The notes below the pieces were generated by a model, which was given only the letters and a program-made list of their open reading frames with translations, did not search any database and was not told the DNA's origin. A stretch of 64,000 nt of DNA from Escherichia coli (GTDB lineage Bacteria > Pseudomonadota > Gammaproteobacteria > Enterobacterales > Enterobacteriaceae), in NCBI RefSeq assembly GCF_001677475.2, contig NZ_CP015229.1; one strand, given 5' to 3'. Every line of letters starts with the position of its first letter. The first letter of the stretch is position 1. Both the position numbers and the translations under genes were made by a program. Below, piece after piece: positions 8,483 to 18,760 of the stretch.

Positions 8483-11400
8483 ATGGACGTCAGTCGCAGA
8501 CAATTTTTTAAAATCTGCGCGGGCGGTATGGCTGGAACAACGGTAGCGGCATTGGGCTTTGCCCCGAAGCAAGCACTGGCTCAGGCGCGAAACTACAAAT
8601 TATTACGCGCTAAAGAGATCCGTAACACCTGCACATACTGTTCCGTAGGTTGCGGGCTATTGATGTATAGCCTGGGTGATGGCGCGAAAAACGCCAGAGA
8701 AGCGATTTATCACATTGAAGGTGACCCGGATCATCCGGTAAGCCGTGGTGCGCTGTGCCCAAAAGGGGCAGGTTTGCTGGATTACGTCAACAGCGAAAAC
8801 CGTCTGCGCTACCCGGAATATCGTGCGCCAGGTTCTGACAAATGGCAGCGCATTAGCTGGGAAGAAGCATTCTCCCGTATTGCGAAGCTGATGAAAGCTG
8901 ACCGTGACGCTAACTTTATTGAAAAGAACGAGCAGGGCGTAACGGTAAACCGTTGGCTTTCTACCGGTATGCTGTGTGCTTCCGGTGCCAGCAACGAAAC
9001 CGGGATGCTGACCCAGAAATTTGCCCGCTCCCTCGGGATGCTGGCGGTAGACAACCAGGCGCGCGTCTGACACGGACCAACGGTAGCAAGTCTTGCTCCA
9101 ACATTTGGTCGCGGTGCGATGACCAACCACTGGGTGGATATCAAAAACGCTAATGTCGTAATGGTGATGGGCGGTAACGCTGCTGAAGCGCATCCCGTCG
9201 GTTTCCGCTGGGCGATGGAAGCGAAAAACAACAACGATGCAACCTTGATCGTTGTCGATCCCCGTTTTACGCGTACCGCTTCTGTGGCGGATATTTACGC
9301 ACCTATTCGTTCCGGTACGGACATTACGTTCCTGTCTGGCGTTTTGCGCTACCTGATCGAAAACAACAAAATCAACGCCGAATACGTTAAGCATTACACC
9401 AACGCCAGCCTGCTGGTGCGTGATGATTTTACTTTCGAAGACGGCCTGTTCAGCGGTTATGACGCTGAAAAACGCCAGTACGATAAGTCGTCCTGGAACT
9501 ATCAGTTCGATGAAAACGGCTATGCGAAACGCGATGACACGCTGACTCATCCGCGCTGTGTGTGGAACCTGCTGAAAGCGCACGTTTCCCGCTACACGCC
9601 AGACGTCGTTGAAAACATCTGCGGTACGCCAAAAGCCGACTTCCTGAAAGTGTGTGAAGTGCTGGCCTCCACCAGCGCACCGGATCGCACAACCACCTTC
9701 CTGTACGCGCTGGGCTGGACGCAGCACACCGTGGGTGCGCAGAACATCCGTACTATGGCGATGATCCAGTTACTGCTCGGTAACATGGGTATGGCCGGTG
9801 GTGGCGTGAACGCATTGCGTGGTCACTCCAATATTCAGGGCCTGACTGACTTAGGCCTGCTCTCTACCAGCCTGCCAGGTTATCTGACGCTGCCGTCAGA
9901 AAAACAGGTTGATTTGCAGTCGTATCTGGAAGCGAACACGCCGAAAGCGACGTTGGCTGATCAGGTGAACTACTGGAGCAACTATCCGAAGTTTTTCGTT
10001 AGCCTGATGAAATCTTTCTACGGCGATGCCGCGCAGAAAGAGAATAACTGGGGTTACGACTGGCTGCCGAAGTGGGACCAGACCTACGACGTCATCAAGT
10101 ATTTCAACATGATGGACGAAGGCAAAGTCACCGGTTATTTCTGCCAGGGCTTTAACCCGGTTGCGTCCTTCCCGGACAAAAACAAAGTGGTGAGCTGCCT
10201 GAGCAAGCTGAAGTACATGGTGGTTATCGATCCGCTGGTGACTGAAACCTCTACCTTCTGGCAGAACCACGGCGAGTCGAACGATGTCGATCCTGCGTCT
10301 ATTCAGACTGAAGTATTCCGTCTGCCTTCGACCTGCTTTGCTGAAGAAGATGGTTCTATCGCTAACTCCGGTCGCTGGTTGCAGTGGCACTGGAAAGGTC
10401 AGGATGCGCCGGGCGAAGCGCGTAACGACGGCGAAATTCTGGCGGGTATCTACCATCATCTGCGCGAGCTGTACCACGCCGAAGGTGGTAAAGGCGTAGA
10501 ACCGCTGATGAAGATGAGCTGGAACTACAAGCAGCCGCACGAACCGCAGTCTGACGAAGTGGCGAAAGAGAATAACGGCTATGCGCTGGAAGATCTCTAT
10601 GATGCTAATGGCGTGCTGATTGCGAAGAAAGGTCAGTTGCTGAGTAGCTTTGCGCATCTGCGTGATGACGGTACAACCGCATCGTCTTGCTGGATCTACA
10701 CCGGTAGCTGGACAGAGCAGGGCAACCAGATGGCTAACCGCGATAACTCCGACCCATCCGGTCTGGGGAATACGCTGGGATGGGCCTGGGCGTGGCCGCT
10801 CAACCGTCGCGTACTCTATAACCGTGCTTCGGCGGATATCAACGGTAAACCGTGGGATCCGAAACGGATGCTGATCCAGTGGAATGGCAGCAAGTGGACG
10901 GGTAACGATATTCCGGACTTCGGCAATGCCGCACCAGGTACGCTAACCGGGCCGTTTATCATGCAACCGGAAGGGATGGGACGCCTGTTTGCCATCAACA
11001 AAATGGCGGAAGGTCCGTTCCCGGAACACTACGAGCCAATTGAAACGCCGCTGGGCACTAACCCGCTGCATCCGAACGTGGTGTCTAACCCGGTGGTTCG
11101 TCTGTATGAACAAGACGCGCTGCGGATGGGTAAAAAAGAGCAGTTCCCGTATGTGGGTACGACCTATCGTCTGACCGAGCACTTCCACACCTGGACCAAG
11201 CACGCATTGCTCAACGCAATCGCCCAGCCGGAACAGTTTGTGGAGATCAGCGAAACGCTGGCGGCGGCGAAAGGCATTGCCAATGGTGACCGTGTCACTG
11301 TCTCCAGCAAGCGTGGCTTTATCCGCGCGGTGGCTGTGGTAACGCGCCGTCTGAAACCGCTGAATGTAAACGGTCAGCAGGTTGAAACGGTGGGTATTCC

Positions 11401-11530
11401 AATCCACTGGGGCTTTGAGGGTGTCGCGCGTAAAGGTTATATCGCTAACACTCTGACGCCAAATGTCGGTGATGCAAACTCGCAAACGCCGGAATATAAA
11501 GCGTTCTTAGTAAACATCGAGAAGGCGTAA
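8483..11530 (+). CDS. fdnG: formate dehydrogenase-N alpha subunit (selenoprotein, Tat signal); in-frame UGA selenocysteine codon at 9068..9070
   Basis: ORF-track entries 8483..9070 and 9119..11530 are in the same frame, separated only by a TGA. The junction reads ...LAVDNQARV-U-HGPTVASLAPTFGRGAMTNHW..., the FdnG selenocysteine context. N-terminal RRQFFK twin-arginine motif. Merged length 1015 aa. Confidence 0.93.
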
Positions 11531-11542
11531 GGGGGCGAACAG

Positions 11543-12427
11543 ATGGCTATGGAAACGCAGGACATTATCAAAAGGTCCGCAACTAACTCCATCACGCCGC
11601 CTTCTCAGGTGCGTGATTACAAAGCAGAAGTCGCGAAACTTATCGACGTTTCCACCTGTATCGGCTGTAAAGCCTGTCAGGTGGCGTGTTCGGAGTGGAA
11701 CGACATCCGTGATGAAGTGGGGCACTGCGTCGGGGTTTATGATAACCCCGCCGATCTGAGCGCCAAGTCCTGGACGGTGATGCGCTTTAGCGAAACCGAA
11801 CAGAACGGCAAACTGGAGTGGCTGATCCGTAAAGATGGCTGTATGCACTGTGAAGATCCGGGCTGCCTGAAGGCGTGCCCGTCTGCTGGTGCAATCATTC
11901 AGTACGCTAACGGGATTGTCGATTTCCAGTCGGAAAACTGCATCGGCTGTGGTTACTGCATTGCCGGGTGTCCGTTTAATATTCCGCGCCTCAACAAAGA
12001 GGATAACCGGGTATATAAATGCACGCTCTGCGTCGATCGCGTCAGCGTCGGCCAGGAACCGGCTTGTGTGAAAACCTGTCCGACCGGGGCTATCCACTTC
12101 GGCACCAAGAAGGAGATGCTGGAGCTGGCGGAACAGCGCGTGGCGAAACTGAAAGCGCGTGGTTACGAACATGCTGGCGTCTACAACCCGGAAGGGGTCG
12201 GTGGTACGCACGTTATGTACGTGCTGCATCACGCCGATCAGCCGGAGCTGTATCATGGTCTGCCGAAAGATCCGAAGATCGATACCTCTGTAAGCCTGTG
12301 GAAAGGCGCGTTGAAACCGCTGGCAGCGGCTGGCTTTATTGCCACTTTTGCCGGGTTGATTTTCCACTACATCGGTATTGGCCCGAATAAGGAAGTGGAC
12401 GATGACGAGGAGGATCATCATGAGTAA
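11543..12427 (+). CDS. fdnH: formate dehydrogenase-N beta subunit (4Fe-4S ferredoxin-type)
   Basis: 294 aa with several CxxCxxCxxxCP clusters ([44 protein letters not shown]...CVKTCP); RBS-spaced start 12 bp after the fdnG stop. Confidence 0.93.
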   Translation: MAMETQDIIKRSATNSITPPSQVRDYKAEVAKLIDVSTCIGCKACQVACSEWNDIRDEVGHCVGVYDNPADLSAKSWTVMRFSETEQNGKLEWLIRKDGCMHCEDPGCLKACPSAGAIIQYANGIVDFQSENCIGCGYCIAGCPFNIPRLNKEDNRVYKCTLCVDRVSVGQEPACVKTCPTGAIHFGTKKEMLELAEQRVAKLKARGYEHAGVYNPEGVGGTHVMYVLHHADQPELYHGLPKDPKIDTSVSLWKGALKPLAAAGFIATFAGLIFHYIGIGPNKEVDDDEEDHHE

Positions 12428-13073
12428 GTCGAAAATGATTGTGCGCACCAAATTTATTGATCGCGCCTGTCACTGGACCGTGGTGATTTGCTTCTTCCTG
12501 GTGGCGCTGTCCGGGATTTCGTTCTTCTTCCCGACGCTGCAATGGCTGACGCAAACCTTCGGTACGCCGCAGATGGGACGCATTTTGCACCCGTTCTTCG
12601 GCATTGCGATTTTCGTCGCGCTGATGTTTATGTTTGTGCGTTTTGTGCATCACAACATCCCGGATAAGAAAGATATTCCGTGGCTGTTGAACATTGTCGA
12701 AGTATTAAAAGGCAATGAGCACAAAGTGGCGGATGTTGGTAAGTACAACGCCGGGCAAAAGATGATGTTCTGGTCGATCATGAGCATGATTTTCGTGCTG
12801 CTGGTGACCGGGGTGATTATCTGGCGTCCGTACTTTGCGCAGTACTTCCCGATGCAGGTTGTTCGCTACAGCCTGCTGATCCACGCGGCTGCCGGTATCA
12901 TCCTGATCCACGCCATCCTGATCCATATGTATATGGCATTTTGGGTGAAAGGATCGATTAAAGGGATGATCGAAGGGAAGGTGAGCCGTCGCTGGGCGAA
13001 GAAACACCATCCGCGCTGGTATCGTGAAATCGAGAAGGCAGAAGCGAAAAAAGAGAGTGAAGAAGGGATATAA
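12420..13073 (+). CDS. fdnI: formate dehydrogenase-N gamma subunit (cytochrome b556)
   Basis: ORF 12378..13073 trimmed to ATG 12420 ([19 protein letters not shown]...), 217 aa. Start overlaps the fdnH stop by 8 nt. Four-helix membrane profile with conserved His residues. Confidence 0.9.
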
Positions 13074-13093
13074 TCTCTTTTGAACTTTAAGCT

Positions 13094-13124
13094 GAAAATG
13101 GCGCTGTAAAAGGCGTCATTTTCA
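13094..13124 (+). terminator. terminator-like hairpin after fdnI
   Basis: aaaatggcgc / gcgtcatttt arms (one G-U pair) around a tgtaaaag loop, about 20 bp after the fdnI stop, followed by a T-rich run. Confidence 0.45.
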
Positions 13125-13127
13125 TAT

Positions 13128-13250
13128 TGTAGACAACGTAGGCTTTGTTCATGCCGGATGCGGCGTGAACGCCTTATCCGGCCTACAAACCCTTCAAATC
13201 CAATAGATTGCAGTGAACTTGTAGACCTGATAAGCGTAGCGCATCAGGCA
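13128..13250. repeat. REP/BIME-type palindromic repeat cluster
   Basis: gccggatgcggcgtgaacgccttatccggcctaca (13153-13187) and tgtagacctgataagcgtagcgcatcaggca (13220-13250) are canonical E. coli REP palindromic units in opposite orientation, lying between convergent fdnI and yddM. Confidence 0.75.
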
Positions 13251-13301
13251 ATGTTGCGTTTGTCATCAGTTTCAAATGGCTCTTTATAAGGTGCCATTTT
13301 T

Positions 13302-13586
13302 TTATTGCGTAACCTGACGGCGTAATCGCGACACATCCACCGTTTTTTCAGCCTCTGCCAGACTCCAGGCGTTTTGCAGATTCAGCCACATTTGCGGCGA
13401 ACTGCCGATCACCACGGAAAGTTTAATTGCCATTTCTGGCGTCAAAGCTGCTTTTCCGGTCAGCAATCGGCTTGCCGTTGAGGGAGCAATTTCCATTGCT
13501 CTGGCAAACTCGCGCAGGCTGACATTAAGTTCGTCCAGTGATTCCTGAATAATGCCCCCCGGACGGGGATGATTGGCCATTTTCAT
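13302..13586 (-). CDS. yddM: XRE/HigA-like helix-turn-helix DNA-binding protein (antitoxin-like)
   Basis: ORF 13302..13664 trimmed to ATG 13586 ([57 protein letters not shown]...), 94 aa; HTH_XRE pattern. Confidence 0.8.
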   Translation of the reverse strand: MKMANHPRPGGIIQESLDELNVSLREFARAMEIAPSTASRLLTGKAALTPEMAIKLSVVIGSSPQMWLNLQNAWSLAEAEKTVDVSRLRRQVTQ

Positions 13587-13730
13587 CAGTGTCTTTACTC
13601 TCAGTAGTGTTCCTTCACTGGGAACACCATCATTGTTGTTCCTTCTTGCGCAACAATAATCCATTTAGCCATTTCATGTTGGAGAGAGTGCGATGCTGCG
13701 ACCCGATCATGGCAGTCGCAGCAAAGCCTC

Positions 13731-14741
13731 TTAGCGGCGGAAATCAATCACCATACGGCCACGGATTTTGCCTTCTTCCATCTCGGTAAAGATGGTGTTG
13801 ATGTCCGCTAACGGACGCAGGGCGACTTTCGGCACCACTTTACCTTCGGCGGCAAACTGGAAGGCTTCAGTTAAATCCTGGCGCGTGCCGACCAGCGAAC
13901 CGACCACTTCAATACCATCCAGCACAAGGCGTGGGATATCCAGGCTCATAGACTCCGGCGGCAGACCGACTGCCACAACACGCCCGCCTGCACGGACAGC
14001 ATCAACTGCCGAGTTAAACGCAGCTTTAGCTACCGCTGTCACCACCGCAGCGTGAGCGCCACCGGTTTTTTCCTGCACAATTTTGGCGGCGTCTTCAGTG
14101 CGTGAGTTAATCGCTAAATCAGCGCCCATTTCGGTTGCCAGTTTTAACTGCTCATCGTTGACATCAATGGCGATCACTTTGGCGTTAAAGACATTCTTCG
14201 CGTATTGCAGGGCGAGGTTACCCAGACCGCCAAGACCGTAGATAGCAATCCACTGCCCTGGACGAATTTTTGACAGCTTAACGGCTTTGTAGGTGGTGAC
14301 CCCCGCACAGGTAATGCTGCTGGCCGCCGCCGAGTCCAGACCATCTGGCACTTTTACCGCGTAATCGGCGACCACGATGCACTCTTCCGCCATCCCGCCA
14401 TCAACGCTGTATCCGGCATTTTTAACTGAACGGCAGAGCGTTTCGTTACCACTGTTACAGTATTCGCAATGACCGCATCCTTCGTAAAACCACGCCACGC
14501 TGGCACGATCGCCTGGTTTTAATGAGGTGACACCTGGGCCAACTTCTGCCACCACACCGATGCCTTCATGGCCCAGAATTACGCCGGTTTTGTCACCAAA
14601 ATCGCCATTCTTAACATGAAGATCGGTATGACATACACCACAACACTCCATTTTCAGCAGGGCTTCGCCATGTTTCAGTGAGCGCAGTGTTTTATCCGTA
14701 ACGTCAACATGATGATCCTTCGTAACAACTGCAGCCTTCAT
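13731..14741 (-). CDS. adhP: zinc-dependent alcohol dehydrogenase, propanol-preferring
   Basis: ORF trimmed to ATG 14741 ([14 protein letters not shown]...), 336 aa. AGGAGG RBS immediately upstream. Zn-ADH motifs GHEGIGVV and CGHCEYC. Confidence 0.93.
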   Translation of the reverse strand: MKAAVVTKDHHVDVTDKTLRSLKHGEALLKMECCGVCHTDLHVKNGDFGDKTGVILGHEGIGVVAEVGPGVTSLKPGDRASVAWFYEGCGHCEYCNSGNETLCRSVKNAGYSVDGGMAEECIVVADYAVKVPDGLDSAAASSITCAGVTTYKAVKLSKIRPGQWIAIYGLGGLGNLALQYAKNVFNAKVIAIDVNDEQLKLATEMGADLAINSRTEDAAKIVQEKTGGAHAAVVTAVAKAAFNSAVDAVRAGGRVVAVGLPPESMSLDIPRLVLDGIEVVGSLVGTRQDLTEAFQFAAEGKVVPKVALRPLADINTIFTEMEEGKIRGRMVIDFRR

Positions 14742-14825
14742 AGTTCCTCCTTTTCGGATGATGTTCTGCATAGCAGGTGAGGCAAATGAGATTTATTCGC
14801 CACTACCCAGTATGGATGAGATCTG

Positions 14826-14868
14826 AAAAAGGAAGAGGAAAATTGCCCGGTAGCCTTCACTACCGGGC
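14826..14868 (-). terminator. rho-independent terminator after maeA
   Basis: gcccggtag (14845-14853) / ctaccgggc (14860-14868) stem, followed on the minus strand by a U-rich tract (plus-strand aaaaaggaagaggaaaatt). Confidence 0.55.
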
Positions 14869-14874
14869 GCAGGC

Positions 14875-16572
14875 TTAGATGGAGGTACGGCGGTAGTCGC
14901 GGTATTCGGCTTGCCAGAAATTATCGTCAATGGCTTGTTGCAAAGCTTCGGCAGACGTTTTCACCGCCACGCCTTGCTGCTGCGCCATTTTGCCAACCGC
15001 AAACGCAATTGCGCGGGAGACTTTCTGAATATCTTTTAGTTCCGGTAGTACCAGACCTTCGCCGTTCAGGACCAGCGGCGAATACTGGGCAAGCGTTTCA
15101 CTTGCCGACATCAGCATCTCATCGGTGATACGTGACGCGCCGGAAGCAATAACACCCAGCCCAATGCCCGGGAAAATAAAGGCGTTGTTACACTGGGCGA
15201 TAGGGTAGATTTTATCTTTCCATACCACTGGATTAAACGGACTGCCAGTGGCGACCAGCGCGTTACCTTCAGTCCAGGCGATAATGTCCTGAGGTGTGGC
15301 TTCCACGCGTGAAGTCGGGTTAGACAGCGGCATCACGATCGGACGCGGACAGTGTTTGTGCATCTCACGGATGATCTCTTCCGTAAACAGCCCGGTCTGT
15401 CCTGAGACGCCAATCAGAATATCTGGTTTTACATTGCGCACCACGTCCAGCAGTGACAGCACATCGCTGTCGGTATCCCAGTCACTGAGATTTTCGCGTT
15501 TCTGCACCAGTTTGGTCTGGAAAGGCAGCAGGTTCGGCATCTTGTCGGTCAGCAGGCCAAAGCGATCGACCATAAAGACTTTCTGCCGCGCCGTTTCCTC
15601 GCTTAATCCTTCACGCTGAGTCTGGGCAATGATCATTTCGGCAATGCCGCATCCCGCTGAACCTGCGCCAAGGAAGACGATTTTTTTCTCGCTTAACTGA
15701 CCACCTGCCGCGCGGCTGGCTGCGATCAGTGTGCCGACCGTTACCGCCGCGGTGCCCTGAATGTCATCGTTAAAAGAACAAATTTCATTGCGATAGCGGT
15801 TAAGTAACGGCATCGCATTTTTTTGTGCGAAGTCTTCAAACTGCAACAGCACGTCCGGCCAGCGTTGTTTCACAGCCTGGATAAATTCATCAACGAATTC
15901 ATAGTATTCGTCGTCAGTGATACGCGGATTACGCCAGCCCATATACAGCGGATCGTTAAGCAGCTGTTGGTTGTTCGTCCCGACATCCAGCACCACCGGA
16001 AGGGTATACGCCGGGCTGATGCCGCCACAGGCGGTATAGAGTGACAGTTTACCGATCGGAATGCCCATCCCGCCGATGCCCTGGTCACCAAGCCCCAGAA
16101 TACGTTCACCGTCAGTCACCACAATCACTTTAATATTATGGTTCGGCACGTTTTGCAGAATATCGTCCATATTGTGGCGGTTCTGGTAAGAGATAAACAC
16201 GCCGCGTGAACGGCGGTAGATCTCAGAAAAACGCTCACAGGCTGCGCCGACGGTTGGGGTATAAATAACAGGCATCATCTCATCAAGATGATTGTTTACC
16301 AGACGGTAGAAGAGGGTTTCGTTAGTGTCCTGGATGTTACGCAGGTAGATGTGTTTGTCGATTTCGGTTTTGAATCCCTGATACTGGATCCATGCTCGTT
16401 CCGCTTGTTCTTCGATGGTTTCGACCACTTCCGGCAGTAACCCCAGCAGGTTGAAGTTACGGCGTTCTTCCATGCTGAAGGCACTGCCTTTATTCAACAA
16501 CGGAAATTCCAGCAGTACAGGGCCAGCGTAAGGGATATAAAGCGAACGCTGTTTTTTTGTTTTTGGTTCCAT
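14875..16572 (-). CDS. maeA: NAD-dependent malic enzyme
   Basis: ORF 14875..16608 trimmed to the [23 protein letters not shown]... start at 16572 (565 aa). Upstream in-frame ATGs at 16608 and 16599 are alternative starts. Confidence 0.9.
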   Translation of the reverse strand: MEPKTKKQRSLYIPYAGPVLLEFPLLNKGSAFSMEERRNFNLLGLLPEVVETIEEQAERAWIQYQGFKTEIDKHIYLRNIQDTNETLFYRLVNNHLDEMMPVIYTPTVGAACERFSEIYRRSRGVFISYQNRHNMDDILQNVPNHNIKVIVVTDGERILGLGDQGIGGMGIPIGKLSLYTACGGISPAYTLPVVLDVGTNNQQLLNDPLYMGWRNPRITDDEYYEFVDEFIQAVKQRWPDVLLQFEDFAQKNAMPLLNRYRNEICSFNDDIQGTAAVTVGTLIAASRAAGGQLSEKKIVFLGAGSAGCGIAEMIIAQTQREGLSEETARQKVFMVDRFGLLTDKMPNLLPFQTKLVQKRENLSDWDTDSDVLSLLDVVRNVKPDILIGVSGQTGLFTEEIIREMHKHCPRPIVMPLSNPTSRVEATPQDIIAWTEGNALVATGSPFNPVVWKDKIYPIAQCNNAFIFPGIGLGVIASGASRITDEMLMSASETLAQYSPLVLNGEGLVLPELKDIQKVSRAIAFAVGKMAQQQGVAVKTSAEALQQAIDDNFWQAEYRDYRRTSI

Positions 16573-16660
16573 GTCACTCACTCTTTTTTGAATATCCATC
16601 CCTGGCACGCTTTTATCGTCTTTGCTTTACCGCCAGGGCGTCGGCCCCAAGTATAAAGCA

Positions 16661-16698
16661 GATAAAAACAAAAACACCATTGCGCAGGCAATGGTGTT
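16661..16698 (-). terminator. rho-independent terminator after sra
   Basis: 10-bp stem aacaccattg / caatggtgtt with loop cgcagg, followed on the minus strand by UUUUGUUUUUAUC. Confidence 0.6.
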
Positions 16699-16728
16699 TA
16701 ATCGTCATTGAGGACTGATGGTTATGAA

Positions 16729-16866
16729 TTACTTTTCAGCGGGGCGTTTTCTGCCGGTTGGGTTATTTACCACGCTGGATTTGTCACCTTCGGTAACTAT
16801 TTTGCGCTGGTTAGAAATTTTATGGTCCAGTCCAAGAATATGACGTGCCTGACGGTTCGATTTCAT
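16729..16866 (-). CDS. sra: stationary-phase-induced ribosome-associated protein (45 aa)
   Basis: Below the ORF-track length cutoff; found by manual translation: [45 protein letters not shown], with GAGGAG RBS upstream. Confidence 0.88.
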
Positions 16867-16967
16867 TTTAACTCCTCAATCCTGTTGCTAGTTTTAAGGA
16901 CAACATCGCCGTAGCGAAGAAACACGTGCTAAACCCCTAAATTAGGTTGCCGATCAAGCATAGCACC

Positions 16968-17183
16968 TTAAAGCGTAGGGTGCTGGCCACTGACCACATA
17001 ATTGATCGTTTGCTGGTAGATATCACTGAGGATGTCGTTATCAGAAGCTTCCACCCATTTGGTCAGCTCCATGAGAATGTCATCTTCAGTGACAACACCG
17101 TGCTCTGCCCGAAGGCCTTGCTCAATGGCATTAACCAGAGCGGGTTCTGCTGTTGAATTTTCTGCCTGATAATAAGTAAACAT
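16968..17183 (-). CDS. bdm: biofilm-dependent modulation protein (71 aa)
   Basis: ORF 16968..17246 trimmed to ATG 17183 (MFTYYQAENSTAEPALVNAIEQG...). Confidence 0.88.
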   Translation of the reverse strand: MFTYYQAENSTAEPALVNAIEQGLRAEHGVVTEDDILMELTKWVEASDNDILSDIYQQTINYVVSGQHPTL

Positions 17184-17277
17184 AGTGATTCTCCGTGTCT
17201 GTGTATTTATGGTGTCTGCTACGGATCGCAGATTTATAAAGCACATTCAGCATGGCAAATATTTGCCGCTTCGTTGT

Positions 17278-17291
17278 TAAGATTAGTCCTG
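17278..17291. promoter_or_regulatory. RcsB-box-like motif (TAAGATTAGTCCTG) in the bdm/osmC divergent region
   Basis: 11 of 14 positions match the RcsB box consensus TAAGAATAATCCTA as I recall it; osmC and bdm are known Rcs targets. Confidence 0.35.
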
Positions 17292-17527
17292 GTTGATGAG
17301 TTTTATATTTTAACACTATGATATTGATAGGGATTGTTATTGGTGTGAATCGATTAATATTGATACAATATCTTTTGAGTCATATATTTCCTGTTATCTA
17401 TTGTGGGAATTTAATTTAAGTACAGAGATAATGTTTTCGCCGGATTTCATTCGGAATATCCTGCTTATCCTCGTGCTGTTTCTCACGTAGTCTATAATTT
17501 CCTTTTTAAGCCCACAGGAGAGCAACA

Positions 17528-17956
17528 ATGACAATCCATAAGAAAGGTCAGGCACACTGGGAAGGCGATATCAAACGCGGGAAGGGAACAGTATCCACCG
17601 AGAGCGGCGTGCTGAACCAACAGCCGTATGGATTTAACACGCGTTTTGAAGGCGAAAAAGGAACCAACCCTGAAGAACTGATTGGCGCAGCGCATGCCGC
17701 ATGTTTCTCAATGGCGCTTTCATTAATGCTGGGGGAAGCGGGATTCACGCCAACATCGATTGATACCACCGCCGATGTGTCGCTGGATAAAGTGGATGCC
17801 GGTTTTGCGATTACGAAAATCGCACTGAAGAGTGAAGTTGCGGTGCCGGGTATTGATGCCTCTACCTTTGACGGCATCATCCAGAAAGCAAAAGCAGGAT
17901 GTCCGGTTTCACAGGTACTGAAAGCGGAAATTACGCTGGTATTAGACGTCAACTAG
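17528..17956 (+). CDS. osmC: osmotically inducible peroxiredoxin OsmC, with its last residues replaced by IS-derived codons
   Basis: MTIHKKGQAHWEGDIKRGKGTV... through ...VLKAEITL, then VLDVN-stop read from the IS end. The expected native C-terminus DYQLKS-stop is found intact at 20355..20375, on the far side of the IS. Confidence 0.85.
   Translation: MTIHKKGQAHWEGDIKRGKGTVSTESGVLNQQPYGFNTRFEGEKGTNPEELIGAAHAACFSMALSLMLGEAGFTPTSIDTTADVSLDKVDAGFAITKIALKSEVAVPGIDASTFDGIIQKAKAGCPVSQVLKAEITLVLDVN
17932..17938. repeat. target-site duplication (TACGCTG), left copy
   Basis: The same 7-mer is found at 20348..20354 directly flanking the other IS end. Confidence 0.55.
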
Positions 17957-18004
17957 TTTTGCCGACTCGCGCCAACTATACTGGCCGCACCCTTCAGGGC
18001 GACA

Positions 18005-18760
18005 TCAAGTCGCGCTTGTTACTGCCTTCGCTGTCTTTTTCCTGTAGCTTTCCCCTTTCAGTTCGAACATATATCCGTGATGGATCAGCCTGTCTGCCGC
18101 AGCCACCGCCATAGTCTCATCCACGAAGATGCTGCCCCACATGCTGAACGGATGGTTACTGGTTATCACCAGGCTCCCACGTTCATAGCGATGCGCTATT
18201 AACTCGAACAGCACACCCGTTTCGGCACTATCGCGTTTGACATAGCCAAGATCATCCACCACTATCACCCGGTAGCGATCCAGTTTCAGTAGCAGCTCAT
18301 TCAGTTTCAACTGAGCTCTGGCTTTACGTAGTTCCTGCAACAGCTCTCCTGCGCTGTAGAACCGGGCCCGGTAGCCCTGACCTACTACGCCATCCACGAT
18401 CGCTGCCGCCAGATGGCTTTTCCCCAACCCGCTGGCTCCGAACAGCAGAACGTTTTCTCCTGCATCAACCCAGTCTGTCGTTTCACAGAGTTGCCGGAAC
18501 TGAGCTCCATTCAGTTCCGGCACCTGACTGAAGTCGTATTCGCTCAGCGTTTTGGCAACTGGCAACCGGGCCTCCTTTTTATAACGACGCAGTTTTTCAC
18601 TCTCGCGCCACAGGAGTTCTTCATTGCATAGCGTCAGAAGATAGCGCGATGGTGTCCAGCCTTCTGCCAGCGCTCGTTTTTCCAGAGCGTGCCATTCAGC
18701 TCCAACTCGTGTCAGGCGTAGTTTACGCAGGCTATGTTCAAGGTGATGGATATTGCTCAC
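18005..18760 (-). CDS. istB: IS21-family helper ATPase IstB
   Basis: 251 aa with Walker A GASGLGKSHLA and Walker B VIVVDDLG; start overlaps the istA stop (ATGA), typical for IS21. Confidence 0.88.
   Translation of the reverse strand: MSNIHHLEHSLRKLRLTRVGAEWHALEKRALAEGWTPSRYLLTLCNEELLWRESEKLRRYKKEARLPVAKTLSEYDFSQVPELNGAQFRQLCETTDWVDAGENVLLFGASGLGKSHLAAAIVDGVVGQGYRARFYSAGELLQELRKARAQLKLNELLLKLDRYRVIVVDDLGYVKRDSAETGVLFELIAHRYERGSLVITSNHPFSMWGSIFVDETMAVAAADRLIHHGYMFELKGESYRKKTAKAVTSAT

Noticed and set aside
8483-9070. Treating 8483..9070 and 9119..11530 as two separate genes or as a pseudogene
   Set aside because: Both are in one frame separated by a single TGA in the conserved selenocysteine context of formate dehydrogenases; merged as fdnG.
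8657-9727. 356-aa minus-strand ORF, and similar ones at 9896..10657 and 10943..11485, antisense to fdnG
   Set aside because: They lie entirely inside the strongly recognisable fdnG frame, have no recognisable domains and are Arg/Val-rich in the way typical of antisense frames in GC-rich genes.
11507-12451. 314-aa minus-strand ORF antisense to fdnH
   Set aside because: Overlaps fdnH completely; fdnH is supported by four ferredoxin-type Cys clusters.
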